A stretch of DNA of 63,691 bases, the filler included, from Rhabdomonas costata (Eukaryota): the NCBI GenBank assembly GCA_019059605.1. It is 57 parts of 57 records of this genome, joined end to end, with 100 filler letters (N's around TTAATTAATTAA, not from the genome) between each part and the next. Parts side by side here need not be neighbours in the genome. Positions count along the whole stretch, not along the records: positions 1 to 1,020 come from JAHMHO010033143.1; positions 1,121 to 2,140 come from JAHMHO010033144.1; positions 2,241 to 3,260 come from JAHMHO010033145.1; positions 3,361 to 4,380 come from JAHMHO010033146.1; positions 4,481 to 5,500 come from JAHMHO010033147.1; positions 5,601 to 6,620 come from JAHMHO010033148.1; positions 6,721 to 7,740 come from JAHMHO010033149.1; positions 7,841 to 8,860 come from JAHMHO010033150.1; 49 more parts are not named here. One strand, 5' to 3'. How positions within the stretch are numbered: the first letter of the stretch is position 1; the number at the start of each line of letters is the position of its first letter. The position numbers and the translations under genes were made by a program. Positions 1 to 12,862 of this stretch are shown here, one piece after another. The notes beneath the pieces are model-generated. The model was not told where the DNA came from. It ran no database searches and saw only the letters and a program-made list of their open reading frames with translations.

Positions 1-1020
1 TTGTTGGGTTGAATGTTGACTGGGATTGCTCACCGTTTGTGTGATAGTCCCAGCGCTTCTACCTTCACGGAGCTGTTTGATTGCAAAAGAGAATAGAAGT
101 CCGTGACTCTCGGAGAATGCAATGGCAGTACACCAGAATTTGCTCAGCTGATTGCACCCCAATTGCCTTCCCCCTTCTCATCAGGTAACGTACAAGCTGG
201 GATTGGTGGGGTGCGCGTCAAGAATTCCGCCTCAAAGTGAGGCCTCGCCTCCCACGTCTACTGCCGCGAGGGGAGGGGGTTCAGCATGGAGGCCCAGTGA
301 TTTTGTTGTTCTTTGTCGGTCTCAGTCCTCTAATTCTTCTCAACATTGGGGTATGAAGGCAAAACTCTCCCCCTTCAGTGCACATACTCTCACGGGCCAC
401 CAGATAAAATAGCTGGCCTGGTAATGGTAGCCGTATGGAACCCATTTGTGTTCCTTGTGGAAACCTTACTCCCAGTCTGCGCCGATGCCGTGACCGCAAG
501 ATATTTCTTCAACTGTCCCCCTCTGTAACCCAATGTTAAGCACATATTTGACAATAATTTCGCAGTAATTATGTGCAGGACCTCTGTGTGGGATTCGGTT
601 CGCTTCTTATGGCCCAAGGACACACTCGTGTCTGGTGGAGCAGGGTTGCCTTGATCCGAATATGCGTCTTGCGTACAATGATACAAATAATTTTGGCACA
701 TTAATGTTATGGCACATTAAGCTTAGATGTTAGGGGCTCGTAAGATTATTTGCATGCCTTCGCAGCAGAAGCTTCCAACGGCCCCGCCCTCCCGGCGTTT
801 CAGAATTTAAGCGTCCCATTTGCGCTCACAGATAGCCCCTTCTCTGAGTTAAGTACTTGGCCAACACTCCTGGAACTCATGTGAAGCGATGGCAAACAAA
901 CATCCGAGAAAACGGTAGCAGCACGGGCATATTCTGGTGTGTCAAGCTCCTAAGTAGCTCTTCGCCCTCTGTGCCGACGCCCCCTCCCTTCTCCACCCCT
1001 GCCACCACCCACACAAAACC

Positions 1021-1120
1021 NNNNNNNNNNNNNNNNNNNNNNNNNNNNNNNNNNNNNNNNNNNNTTAATTAATTAANNNNNNNNNNNNNNNNNNNNNNNN
1101 NNNNNNNNNNNNNNNNNNNN
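1021..1120. other. Artificial spacer N44-TTAATTAATTAA-N44 (first of 56, recurring about every 1.12 kb to 62672)
   Basis: The identical six-frame-stop palindrome between N runs occurs at 1065, 2185, 3305 ... 62617. The fragments between them are nearly uniform in length (about 1007-1020 nt). Confidence 0.99.
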
Positions 1121-1522
1121 GTGTTGGGTGTGTGTGGTGGGTGTTGTCGCCGCTTTCCTTTCCGCCCCTTGTTTTCCTTGCTGTTTTTTTTTCCTGGTAG
1201 CTCACATCTGGTAGCCCTTCATTCACCCCTGGCTCCTTTTGGTGGGGCCTGCCGCCGTTGTGCAATTGGGCATTTTGTACTGTGCGGTGCGTGATTTGCA
1301 ATGTGCAGCTCCTGCCTGGAGAGTAACCTCGTCCATCCAGGGTGCGGGTGCCGGTCATCTCCAGCCACCTCTTCTCCTTGTTCTCTCTCTCTCTCGCTCT
1401 CGCTCTGGATTTTCTCGTTGTCGGTCGGACCTCTCCCCCGCGCTGACACCTGCAGGTGTTCTGCTCTTAAAGCCCTGTCCATGCGTCCCAATCAGTCGAA
1501 GCTGTGCCGAATGAAATCGTAG

Positions 1523-1646
1523 GTACGCCGTTAACAAGCTGCGCAGCCAGACCCCCACCGTGGCCAGCTCGCAGCTAAGCAACATCATGACCAATGTGAA
1601 CAACATGGGGAGCTTCCCAGACTTCCCGGAGCTCATCCTGTCTGAG
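1523..1646 (+). CDS. Internal exon, unknown protein (YAVNKLRSQTPTVASSQLSNIMTNVNNMGSFPDFPELILSE)
   Basis: ag| at 1521-1522 and |gt at 1647; open frame with C/G-rich third positions. Confidence 0.4.
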
Positions 1647-1874
1647 GTTTTGCCCACCTCCCACACACATGGCTTCTGATTGCGCAACCCGTTAACATGA
1701 TGTCAATGCTTGGACATGCGTGTCCCCGTACTTTCCATCACAACAAATACAAATAAGGACGAGGGTCGTGGGCAGCCCGCTTTGGCGTTTTGCTCGACAC
1801 CTCCCCACACATACATACGCACACGCTCATTGGTACCTTCACTTCTGATTGCTTTCTCGTTAGTCTGTGATGGT

Positions 1875-2140
1875 ATGACGAGGATATTCTGCTCTGGATG
1901 TCTAAGAAAGCCATCAAATCTCTCCAGAACAACGACATGAAGATCGGATTTCTGTCACTCACTATACTTCTCGGCAACCCATAATGTCTGACCACTTCCC
2001 ACAAAAACAACTCCGCACTCATCTCATTTTGGCATGGTATCAGAACCACAATCTTGGTTGCCCGATCCGTGACTGTCAAGACCTCGTTCACCTTTCCGTT
2101 TCAAGCCTTTACCACAAAACTTCCACGGACCTGTCGGCAT
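1875..2140 (-). mobile_element. Ty3/gypsy integrase core (rve) fragment, decayed
   Basis: VLTVTDRATKIVVLIPC...LFLWEVVRHYGLPRSIVSDRNPIFMSLFW...SSSYH matches the gypsy integrase pattern VVVDRxTK...HGLPxSIVSDRDPxFxSxFW...SSxYHP. Similarity breaks off after YH. Confidence 0.9.
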
Positions 2141-3360
2141 NNNNNNNNNNNNNNNNNNNNNNNNNNNNNNNNNNNNNNNNNNNNTTAATTAATTAANNNN
2201 NNNNNNNNNNNNNNNNNNNNNNNNNNNNNNNNNNNNNNNNGTGGTTGTTTTTTGCAGGCTGCGTTGCATTTTTGATTCGAACTCGGAGAGCACCACAAAG
2301 AGAAGAAAAAATGCAACGCAGCCTGCAAAAAAAAAGCACCAAAAAGGGACAGTTGTACATCGCCATTTGACACCTTTGCACTTTTCGGCCTGACTTTAAA
2401 AGTCAGAACCGTTTCACAGAAGAGACCATTTCGGATTTATCCAAAAAAAAAAAAGGCTTAGCTAAGCAAACAGAAATGATTGGTTATTTCTGCAGTTCGG
2501 TTTCTTGCCTCGTTTCCTTGTCACGTGCTATTAAGGTCGGCTGTCAATGATACTCTCTTTCGATGTGAAGCGGGCGACCAATTCACCTCTAGCGAGCTGT
2601 TATCAAAGTTGAGGCCGAGAAAGGTGAGACCATAAACAGTGACGCACTGCGCTTCTGTCTCCCCAGTGATTGCCGTGGGGCTGGGATGGCACCGGGGCGA
2701 CCGCATGCCATCTCTTGATCATACCCGCGCGGGCCCAGCCCACTGCAAGGTCATGGTTTCGACAGCCACGAAAAAAAAAAGAAGTAACGCTGACGTACAG
2801 TCCCTCCCAACAATCATTCCAAATTTTGCGGTGCCTGGCGGCAGGAAACATCCCTTGATTCAAAGGCTTCACGCAAAGAAAGAGCTTTTATCATCACCAC
2901 CAATGACTAATTTCCTCCCGCACATCAACGGTTACTCACCACGGTGCAAGAATGCCAGCACTCCACACAACTTTTTGTGTGTGCGAAAAACGCACACACA
3001 ATTCCGCGCAAAAGGGAAAAAATCTCGCCCGCCAAACAGCAGCGGCGGTCCCTCCCAGCACACTCCGCACGCTCCCCCGCCCCTTATCTTCTCGAATGAA
3101 CAGAAAAAGTACAAGGATGCACCGGAGAAAGACGGCTTTCAGCAGCCCAGGGGTGCTAAATGCTTTTTTTTGGGAAATAGGGAAAAGGGCAAGCCCGTTT
3201 TAAGGTGTTAAACGATAACGTAAAATTAGGTCAAGCCCTTTTCCCTATTTCCCAAAACCCNNNNNNNNNNNNNNNNNNNNNNNNNNNNNNNNNNNNNNNN
3301 NNNNTTAATTAATTAANNNNNNNNNNNNNNNNNNNNNNNNNNNNNNNNNNNNNNNNNNNN

Positions 3361-3865
3361 CTGGGAAAGGAAGGTGGTGGTGTCCGCCCGATTGCTGTGG
3401 CCGAAACTCGCAGAGGGTGGTGGGGAAAGCCTTGCTTGTGGACCAGTCACAGTTCCTCACTTCCGTCCTGGTCCCCGGTCAGGTAGGTGTTGGTATACCC
3501 AACGCATGTGAGCCAGGTGTTCGTGCACGCGGTGCGTGAGTGGAGTTTGATCAGCTGAGGAAGTCTTTGCTTGTCTGCGGAAGCAGGGTGTGGACTGTTC
3601 CCGACAACGGACCGGGGACTTTGTCATCATTGGATTTGACCACAGGGGTCGACATGGCAGTTGACCCTTCGGTGGCGCTTCCTCTACAGCTAGAGGCAGA
3701 CTTCACCAAGGAATGCGGCGAGGTCGCTGCCCTCCGTGAGCGGCAGAAGGACGACCAATACCTCGCCCACAATGCCGGCGTGCGTTGCGGCGGTTGTCGG
3801 AGAGACCACTGAAGGTTGGGTTGAGTTTCTCCGCAAGCTGTTCCGGGCGTTTCGCTCACGCCACC
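3361..3865 (+). mobile_element. CRE/SLACS-clade non-LTR retrotransposon relic: RT N-terminal part followed directly by restriction-like endonuclease
   Basis: Across frameshifts it reads KEGGGVRPIAVAET-RR-VVGKALL...LVPGQVGVGIPNACE-VHAVREW (CRE-type RT motifs), then GVDMAVDPSVALPL...AALRERQKDDQY...VGETTEGW-EFLRKL (PD-D/ExK RLE pattern). Confidence 0.8.
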
Positions 3866-5837
3866 CCGGCTCTGTGGTGCCGGGTCTCGGCAAGCGTGGC
3901 GAAGGCGGTGGGGCGCCAGCTGGGGTGCGTGGTGATTCCCGATAGTCTTGAGCTATGACGCGCCTCCCCTCCCTGAGGGCTGAGACCGTAAGTGGAACTT
4001 GGAAATTCCACAGAGCCACTTGAATGTTACGCGCCCCACAGGCCAGAGACTACACCAGCCACACAATCGTCGGGACCTGGAGCTCGTGTCTCATCACTAT
4101 TTTAAGAGTGGTTCTTTGTACCGACCCCAACACTTGGAACATAACAAAATGGACTGATCAGGATGAAATCTGGTCCAAATGGTCCAAATGGTCCAAACGT
4201 TTCATTCAGGGCTACTCACTAAATCCCAGGGGAGAATGATCCTGCTTCGGCAGGTTTGCATTTGTTCTTTTTTTTTTGCCCTGCAGGGACGTTGGTTCCA
4301 GCTGCGCCCCCCCTCCAATTCACTTCACAATGGCAAAAGGAAGGTTTCCGAAAACTGAACAACAGAAATCCGTAGAAAATNNNNNNNNNNNNNNNNNNNN
4401 NNNNNNNNNNNNNNNNNNNNNNNNTTAATTAATTAANNNNNNNNNNNNNNNNNNNNNNNNNNNNNNNNNNNNNNNNNNNNCGCGCCAGTACGGCAGTGTC
4501 CGGAGTTGGGGGCGCGGGGCCGGGGTGCCTCGGTGGCGGTGCCGCAAAGTGCTCACGAGGGGTGGTGGAGGTGGTGCTGGGACGGCCGAAGTCCTCCGCG
4601 GCGGACAGCCCAAACTTGGGGGTGACTGTGGGTTCTGTGCGGGCATGGGACAAAGGTGACAAGGTGCGACGCGATCCTGATCGCTACCTGGTAGCACGCG
4701 AACTTATGGGATGGCTGTCTTGCGTCCCCAGAGCACGGCGTTGCACCAGAAGCAGCCTCCAGTCTATGCCTTTTCAAAAGTTAAGAATGCGATGAGAATC
4801 AACATTTTAAAAGGGACCAGCAAATGCCTCCGCCCCACATCCAACAAACCATACGATCAGAGATGCAAAAGTCGAGGCATGGCAGGTCCAGGACTTGACA
4901 CTTTAAAATGCATTAACTAACCTTTGAAGGCAAGTAAAACAATTCACGTACAACTGCAATCTCCCCTTTCCCCTTCCAACAGTGCGCACATCTACCCTCT
5001 TCGTGTGAAAGTGGCTCTGCTCGAATACGGACCCCCACTTCTACAAATTCTTTCACCGTTATGGCCAAGTCTGTTTTTATGACCAAAGTTTCAAGCACGG
5101 CAAGTTCTCCGGCGCTCATGAGGTGACATGTCACTGACCTGTGTTGTCCAGAAACGACCCCTGGTTTCCGCCGGAGATGTCCAGCGAGGCAGCACGAGGA
5201 GCCGAAGACCTCACCCGGGCGCCGCTGGGAGGGCGCGAGCCCAGCGGTGGGGCGGCCACAGGGGGGGCTTGCTCCCCGTAGAAGAAGTCCACCCCCACGG
5301 CCCCAGATAGGGATTCGGTTCGCGACACTGCTGCAGGAGTCAGATCCGTCGAGCCCTCCTGCGAAATCAGCGGCAGGGGCGGAGTAAGACGGGGTCTAAG
5401 CAGTCGCATTTTAGATCGAACATTTGATCGAACGCAAGACCTTGTCATTTATGGGGGGAAGCACGTATTCTCAAATAGCTCGCAGACCACAAAAAACAAA
5501 NNNNNNNNNNNNNNNNNNNNNNNNNNNNNNNNNNNNNNNNNNNNTTAATTAATTAANNNNNNNNNNNNNNNNNNNNNNNNNNNNNNNNNNNNNNNNNNNN
5601 TTTGTGTGTTCTTTAGTGTGGGAGATGGAATCTGCCTGTTTCGGATGCACTGCAGAAGAAGAGCACAAGAGCGCTTAAGGAGGCGTTCTGGGGGACTGAT
5701 TCCCTATTAATTTGTTGGGGTTTTCTATTATCACTGAAATGTGTGAGTAGACTATGTAAATGTTCGTGTGCAAAGCTGTAGCTGTGTCGGCAGACATCGA
5801 AAAGTGAGACTCCCGCATCGTGTTTCCGTCTTCTCAG

Positions 5838-6578
5838 AGGAAGCAGGCCATTAAGAAGATGTTTGACGAGAGGCTGGCGTTCACGGAGGCTGCATTTATC
5901 GAGCACCGCCACAAGGTCTCCGAGGAGGCCCACGCTCGGGTTGTGATGCAGCGGGAGGCCTTCTGCGACCAGGAGGCAATCGTCCGCGGGACTGTGCTGG
6001 AGAACGAGAGGGTTTGTCCGGCCTCGACCGTGCTGCTCACATTTTGTAAAGTGGCCGCTAACTCGCCAGTCTCCACTCAAACGCGCACATCACAGCGGAA
6101 GTGACGAAGTGATATTCAACTTGCTTCCGCCGTCTCAGGGTAACAAGGTCTTCACTCTCATGCCATCTTGCCTTCTTGACGTGCATCTCTACATGTGCAC
6201 ATGTGATTCGCCTACTGCCTTCGGCTCGTTCGAGGAGTTATACCAACGGCTGCTTCAACTTTCCAGAAGCGGTAAAGTGTTTGTCTGAGCCTTACACCAT
6301 ACACCTTACACCTTACACCTTCGAGTGATTCTGCGTGGAATGTGGGGTAGGTCCTGCGGGCCATTCTCTGGGAGCTCTTCCAGATCGACTTTGTGGAGCG
6401 GAAGGCCCGTGTGGGTGAGTACTCGATGGAGGCCAAGCTGTGGACGGTGCAGGTGGAGCGGTTCCAGTTCCTGGCGAAGCAGATCAATGAGAACGACAAC
6501 ATGCGGCGGCGGATGGGCGCAGCTGAAGCGGCCGCCCGCGACCGCTTCCTTGCAGAGGTGGACCGCTGGACACGGGAG
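5838..6578 (+). CDS. Multi-exon coiled-coil protein (exons about 5838-6011 and 6351-6578)
   Basis: AG/GT-bounded open frames encoding E/R/A-rich helical sequence (EEAHARVVMQREAFCDQEAIVR; EAAARDRFLAE). Confidence 0.55.
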
Positions 6579-7199
6579 GTGTGTGGGTTTGTCTGTTGGG
6601 GTGGACGCTTCCCCCAACCCNNNNNNNNNNNNNNNNNNNNNNNNNNNNNNNNNNNNNNNNNNNNTTAATTAATTAANNNNNNNNNNNNNNNNNNNNNNNN
6701 NNNNNNNNNNNNNNNNNNNNGGGTTTGCTGTGGCAATTGTGACAATTGAGAATGCAGACCGTAATCGCACTCTCAAAGTTGACTCTGAGCCAGAAGAAGG
6801 AGTGAATGGCATACTACGCATACTACTACGTATCGTATATACTCTTCGCAGGAAGCGGGAACTGTTGTTTGCAGGACCCTTGTTGCCCGCGATGATCGCC
6901 CGCCTTTCCAGGAAGGCTGTCTGCGTGTGCAGCAGTGAGATGTCTAAAGCCAGTATTTCACAGCCTCCAGCACTGCTTCCCGAGGCGTGTTCAGGAAGCA
7001 GTCCGCAACATCGTACTCCTCGCAGCCCAACCATCAATTTGTAGGGCTGACTCGCTTCAGCCATTCATGTGTGTCAATTGGGGAATTGCAACTGTCATCT
7101 CTGTTCTGCATGCTCCAGCCGTGCATCTTTTCTTTTTTTTTTCTTTTTTGCTTTCGCTCGTTCTCGCTCGTCGTGCTTCCGTGCTGAAAGAGTAGAGAG

Positions 7200-7319
7200 A
7201 TGAAAAGGAGTTCTTCGAGTCCCCCAGTCCCGCAATCTGGGGGACAGTTCGGTGGGGAGCAGGATGTGATCCGACTAAAGCCTTACGAGTACATGCACGT
7301 CCTGGACAACAACAAAAAT
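7200..7319 (+). CDS. MVP: Major vault protein, first coding exon
   Basis: DVIRLKPYEYMHVLDNNKN matches the conserved MVP N-terminus IIRIPPYHYIHVLDQNSN. ATG at 7200 follows a polypyrimidine tract; GT at 7320. Confidence 0.85.
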
Positions 7320-9469
7320 GTGATTGCGGACCCAAATACCCACACACCCACAAGAACCTTGCGCGTGCGCATGCCCACGGAAATCACAAATTAGGGCCTA
7401 ATGTGGACTGGGTCCAGGATTTTTCCATGCCATCTGACAAGCGCTGGCCTAACAACCAATCGCAAGTGTCCCACCGTTCCTTCAGTTTACCCTTTCCATT
7501 TTGGACAACAATGAATGCCATCCAGTGCCGATGGCAGCAACACCATCAACATCCGCATTCCATCACGGCAATGCTACAGTCTTCGGACCCACAACATTAG
7601 GGGGAAGCCTTGCAAGAGTCTGGACAGAACCGAGACAGCCAACATCACACTCCATCCGGCGACTGGATGTGAATCAAAAAAGAGTGACTGATTGATCGAA
7701 TCCACAAACCTGCGCCCCCCACCCCCCCCACACCCAACACNNNNNNNNNNNNNNNNNNNNNNNNNNNNNNNNNNNNNNNNNNNNTTAATTAATTAANNNN
7801 NNNNNNNNNNNNNNNNNNNNNNNNNNNNNNNNNNNNNNNNGTTTTTTGGGGCCTTAGGAGCGTTCTGGTTCTTGGTGGCATGGTAAAATGGAATTCATGT
7901 TCGTGGATACGTTGGCAACGCCAAAAATATGCCAACAGCTGATTTGCGTGCGCGCTTCCCGGCACACTGATGCAAGCCCTGTTAATAATTGCACTAAAAC
8001 TGAGTGCGGCCGAGAGGCGACATGGTGCGGAAAGATATTTGTGGGCGATTGAATTTACCTCCCCCCACTCAAAAAATGGCCATCATGCCCCCCGCCCCTC
8101 TGGCGAAAAAAGCACGGTGGGCATGATGGTGCAGGATGGGGTGAGGGAGGAGGAGGGGAACCAATGGCAACCTCAGGCAGGCGCAATCCCGTGACGAGAC
8201 GCTGGAGAGAGGCCCGGCTCAGCGCGGAGAAGTTGGCGCCAACACCAACGGGGGACCCCGTGATGTTGAGGACATGTTGTAGGATCCACGGCAAGGGGTT
8301 GGCCTCCAGCGAGGGACATTCCAGTCTCCACTCTGACGCGCAGAAAGAGGGGCCACCGTCCAACGAAAGGATCCCATACCAAAGACGGACTCTCACAACT
8401 CACCAGCTCTACCCACAGCATATCCAGGTCAATCTCCTGCTGTGGAAGCTGGAACCCACGAACCCTCCAACTCCACCTCAAGAGCGCTCACTAGCCCCTG
8501 GAATCACCGATGGTAACGCGCCTGTAAACCTGTACCTGTAGAAGGACGAGAGCCCAAACCCACAAAACTCTCCGCAGAACACCGTCCCTTTCTCCGCATT
8601 TCCGTCTCTGGCTCCTCGACCCATTCCAGCCATTCCCTCTTTTCCTCACTACTTTGCTATCCACCACCACACACTCTGTTCTAGTCCTTTCCGCGGGGAA
8701 AAGACCACGGAACACACGATCCATCCATCCATCCATCAATCAATCACCAAACAAACACGCAGCACCACGGGTCCAGTACTCCGCCCTTTCACCGACTTCG
8801 AGGAACCCAGCCAGCGCTGCCGTGACCGAGAACTGGCTGGGGAACATCACACACCCCCCCNNNNNNNNNNNNNNNNNNNNNNNNNNNNNNNNNNNNNNNN
8901 NNNNTTAATTAATTAANNNNNNNNNNNNNNNNNNNNNNNNNNNNNNNNNNNNNNNNNNNNAAACACGCATATCAGACGTGGTCGACTCTGATGTGGTGGG
9001 AAGGTTGGTTCAATCCCAAAGCATCCTCCCACCAAAGCGGAGTGCACAGATAGACTCTCGTGCCAATGAAACGCACGAAAAAAAAAAGAAGAGAGAAACA
9101 AAATATAGTTCCAAAGTTGCCTCAGCAAGGCCCCGATGACAACAATCACGGAAACATTTCCTACCCCACTCCGGATTTTGGAGTATTCCGGGTTCCACTC
9201 AGCACTCTTGTCTTCCGTGCAACATGGATCAGCGTAACGCGTTAAACCCTTACTATGCCCATACATTCGGCATGGTCACACAAACACCGCTTTGGGAATT
9301 CCTGACTCCACGCGACCATAGACGCTGACTTAAGCTGACGACCAACGTGAGAACCACCAGCACACAGAGCTTGCAGCTTGACGACATCTGGAGTCCAAAT
9401 CGGCCAGTTCACGTGCAAGCCATCCCAGTGAAGCATCAAAAGGTCCAAGGTACAAACAGACGCACACAC

Positions 9470-9679
9470 CGCATGCGATTGTGCTTTCCGCGAGAGGTAG
9501 CCTCGTGCGGAGGCCTGGATCCGCGATGCTTCCCCGTCCAGCTCCTCCCTCTCAATCTGCTGCACTCGCGCCTTCCGGCGCTGATCGGCCTGCTGCCGGG
9601 CCCAGTGGCACCGCAGGCCATGCTGAATGCGCAGCGCTGCTTCCCGTTCCGCAGCCAGCGCCTGACCATTCTTCACTCC
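9470..9679 (-). CDS. Exon with two IQ calmodulin-binding motifs
   Basis: AALRIQHGLRCHWARQ and ASRIQASARGYLSRK, bounded by ttcttag| and |gtgtgt. Confidence 0.75.
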
Positions 9680-10389
9680 CTAAGAAAGCGAAAAAAAATA
9701 GAGAGGCGGGGGTCAACTTCCGCGGGATCATCCTTGCACGTGTGGTGATCGTCAAAATAGCATCAAGCACAGAAAGGCCTGTTGAAAGGGGCCGCTCAAC
9801 AATCGTTCACAGTGGTTCGGCGACCATACCTCTCTGAAGGTGATAGATGCAACGGTGCATTGGTTGACTTCAAATCGCTACAGAACAAAAAGCAACCCTA
9901 AAAACACTGATCAAAAATCAAAGGAACGCACCCAGTGAGAGCCAGGAAAAAAAAGAAAGGAAAGAGAAAAAAGAAAGAAANNNNNNNNNNNNNNNNNNNN
10001 NNNNNNNNNNNNNNNNNNNNNNNNTTAATTAATTAANNNNNNNNNNNNNNNNNNNNNNNNNNNNNNNNNNNNNNNNNNNNGGTTGTGGGTGACAGAAAAG
10101 GCCCCTTGTGTCGCGCACCAATTGCGCGCCCAATGCATCCCGTGGTGCTGTGGTGTGGTGCTTTGGATTGATGTTAGAACGGAGGTTTCCGAGGAAACCG
10201 GAGCAGAACGACGGCGGACGAGAAAACAGCGCCAAGCGGGTTCACAGAGAGTTTCCATACGAAGGGGATGAGGGTGCTGGTAATTGGAAGCGCGAAGAAA
10301 GTGTGTGCCGGTTGGGGGCACCCCCGGCAACGGAACCAAAAAGTACGGTATGGAGGGGAGGGTGTGAAGGTGGAGCGGGGTGAGCATGC

Positions 10390-10736
10390 CACAATGCGCT
10401 TGGGCTGTAGCCCGGAGAGCTTGCTGATAATGCTCTTCTTCAGCGTATTGCCTCGAACTGTGGGCAAAGCAGGGGAGACCCTTCCCGCCTGCAACTGCTT
10501 TGGCCGAAGGAAAAACCAGCCACCCCTCAACCGCACACAAGAGAAAAGTCTCCGCAAGGGGTTCATCTCCTGGCACGGTAGGAAGCGTGCACACCAATGC
10601 TGTCATCCAGCACGACCAGGGTGTCGACATGCTCCCGAACCACGCCGTAGGTGACGTCGTAGACGTGGCCCACCAGCTCGTCCCTCGACGAGTCCTCGTT
10701 AATGAATGTACGGAGCTTGGTGTCTTTCACGGCAAC
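10390..10736 (-). CDS. purF: Amidophosphoribosyltransferase, long Bacteroidetes-type, two exons (10736-10595, 10457-about 10390)
   Basis: VAVKDTKLRTFINEDSSRDELVGHVYDVTYG...LVVLDDSI|VRGNTLKKSIISKLSGLQPKRIV. Removing the phase-1 GT-AG intron 10594-10458 restores the PRPP-binding motif DDSIVRGxT. Confidence 0.9.
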
Positions 10737-12822
10737 CTGAGGAAACCGAAAAAAAATAGAACCAAGCACTCAGAGTGAAAACTTAAAACGAACAAGTAAC
10801 AGCGAAAAAGATAAGCAGTGCTTCAAGTGCTCACGACACTGTGTGCATCCTTGGTGTTATTCCTGTTGGACTGAAATAAATGGAAGGCTGTGGAGATAGT
10901 ACGCGACGATGCCTGGCTGAAAAAGGGGACAAGCTTGTATTAAGTGCTTGCTATCGGTAACGGAGACCGGCCATATGAAACTGAAAAATCCACGTTGTGC
11001 AGGTGGGCGTGCCAGGAGTCGCAGGCCAGCGCCGCGGCCGCCGGGGTGGGCCGAGGAGGCGAGCCCGCGGGTTGGAAACTCTCTCGCCCTGCCCCGCTNN
11101 NNNNNNNNNNNNNNNNNNNNNNNNNNNNNNNNNNNNNNNNNNTTAATTAATTAANNNNNNNNNNNNNNNNNNNNNNNNNNNNNNNNNNNNNNNNNNNNGT
11201 GGGTGTGTTTGGGGGTTGGTTGGCTCTGGTTTGGGTTCCGGCTCACTGGGCTCAGCCCGATCCTCTAAGGAAAGAGCAGAAAGGTGTTGCCAAATTCCCA
11301 GCCATCCCATTCACGACGGAAGTATCACCTGTATCACCTGGCCAGCCCTGTGCCAGAACATCTCTGTGTTTGCTATCAACAGTTTTGGGAAGAAACCTGT
11401 GGGCACCTGTTCAGTTTCACGCCAACAGCAAAATCTAAAAAGCCAACCAACTCGACCAAAGCGGACGGTTGAATATAGGTGTCATGGAAGCAAGTTGGAT
11501 CTCCCTGCTGTCACGAAGGTGGTGGGGTCTCAGCCGGAGTAGGTCGGAATGCGCCAAGAAGACAACAACGAACAAAACCTGGGTGTTCAGCGATACTAAA
11601 AGGTGACTTCAACAAGCCTCTTCCCGTTTCGATTCTCACTCTCACTCAGGCAGCACCTGCTCGCAGAATCTGCCGCAGCCGGCTCCTAAGGTCGGGCTTG
11701 GGGTACTTCGCGGCCCGAGTGTCATCGTCTTCGACCACCACAACCTCAACCTTGTTTTTCAGTTGAGCACCAGAACAGAAGAAGGAAGAGCAACCTCCCT
11801 ATCGGCATTGCAATATGGAGAAGCCAGCATTAAACCACCATATATCCTCTTCAAAATGTCAATCTTTCTGGAGAGCTGCGCTTAACTGCTGAATGCAATG
11901 TGCCCCGAGATGCCATTCCACGGCAGATGAAAATAACGCCGATCAGTGAATCAGTGTATATCCGTCATTTAATGTAGTCTCATATCTTGATGGAGGGAGG
12001 GAGGGAGAGAGCGGGGGGGGGCATCCAGCGACTATTTGCCAAAAAAAAATCCATGATCTCAACCCGATAACCCGATGAGAGAGGATCTTGATAACCCCCT
12101 CCCCTCCCCCCTCCTCCGACGCCAACGAATCCAATCAAAACAGGAGCAGGCGTGAAACAGCGGGGAGGAAACATCCTCCCATCCACTCTGACAAAGTTAT
12201 TGATGGAGAGGTGCCTCANNNNNNNNNNNNNNNNNNNNNNNNNNNNNNNNNNNNNNNNNNNNTTAATTAATTAANNNNNNNNNNNNNNNNNNNNNNNNNN
12301 NNNNNNNNNNNNNNNNNNTTGTGGTTGGGCCTGGGTCCTCGCTGGTGAGGACGGGGACGGGCGCAGGGGAGGAGTCCCCCGCGACCCCCGGGTGGGTTGC
12401 TCGCTCTTCTCGCTCTCGTTCTCGCTGCTCTCGCTCTCGTTGTCCCCCTGAGCGGTTGCTGTCCTCCACACCGCAGTACATCTCTCGTGTCCAGCACGTG
12501 CATCAGCTGCGCCCTCTTCTCGACTGCCCGCCTTACCGCCTTGCTGACCGTGCTGAGGAGGAGCCTCCGGGAGGGACGGATCTTCTTGATCTTCCTCATC
12601 GTCACTGTCCGCTTCCCGGGCGCGCCGCGTCGCGTGCTTGATCTGCCCCTTCCAGCGCAGCTGCAGTTGGCGAGACCGCAGCCCGCTGGCGAGGTAGACC
12701 AAGCGGCGCTCCTAGCCCGACCAGATCTCGAGCCGGCGGTTACCCCGAGCGGCCTTGAAGGCCTCGTACTCCTGCCGGAACCGTGGGTCCCAGGCTTCCT
12801 TCGGGGTGTATGGCCGCCGACA

Positions 12823-12862
<40 letters not shown>

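Noticed and set aside
380-540. LINE RT C-terminus on the - strand (KKYLAV...TITRPAIL)
   Set aside because: Only two weak motifs; not enough to call.
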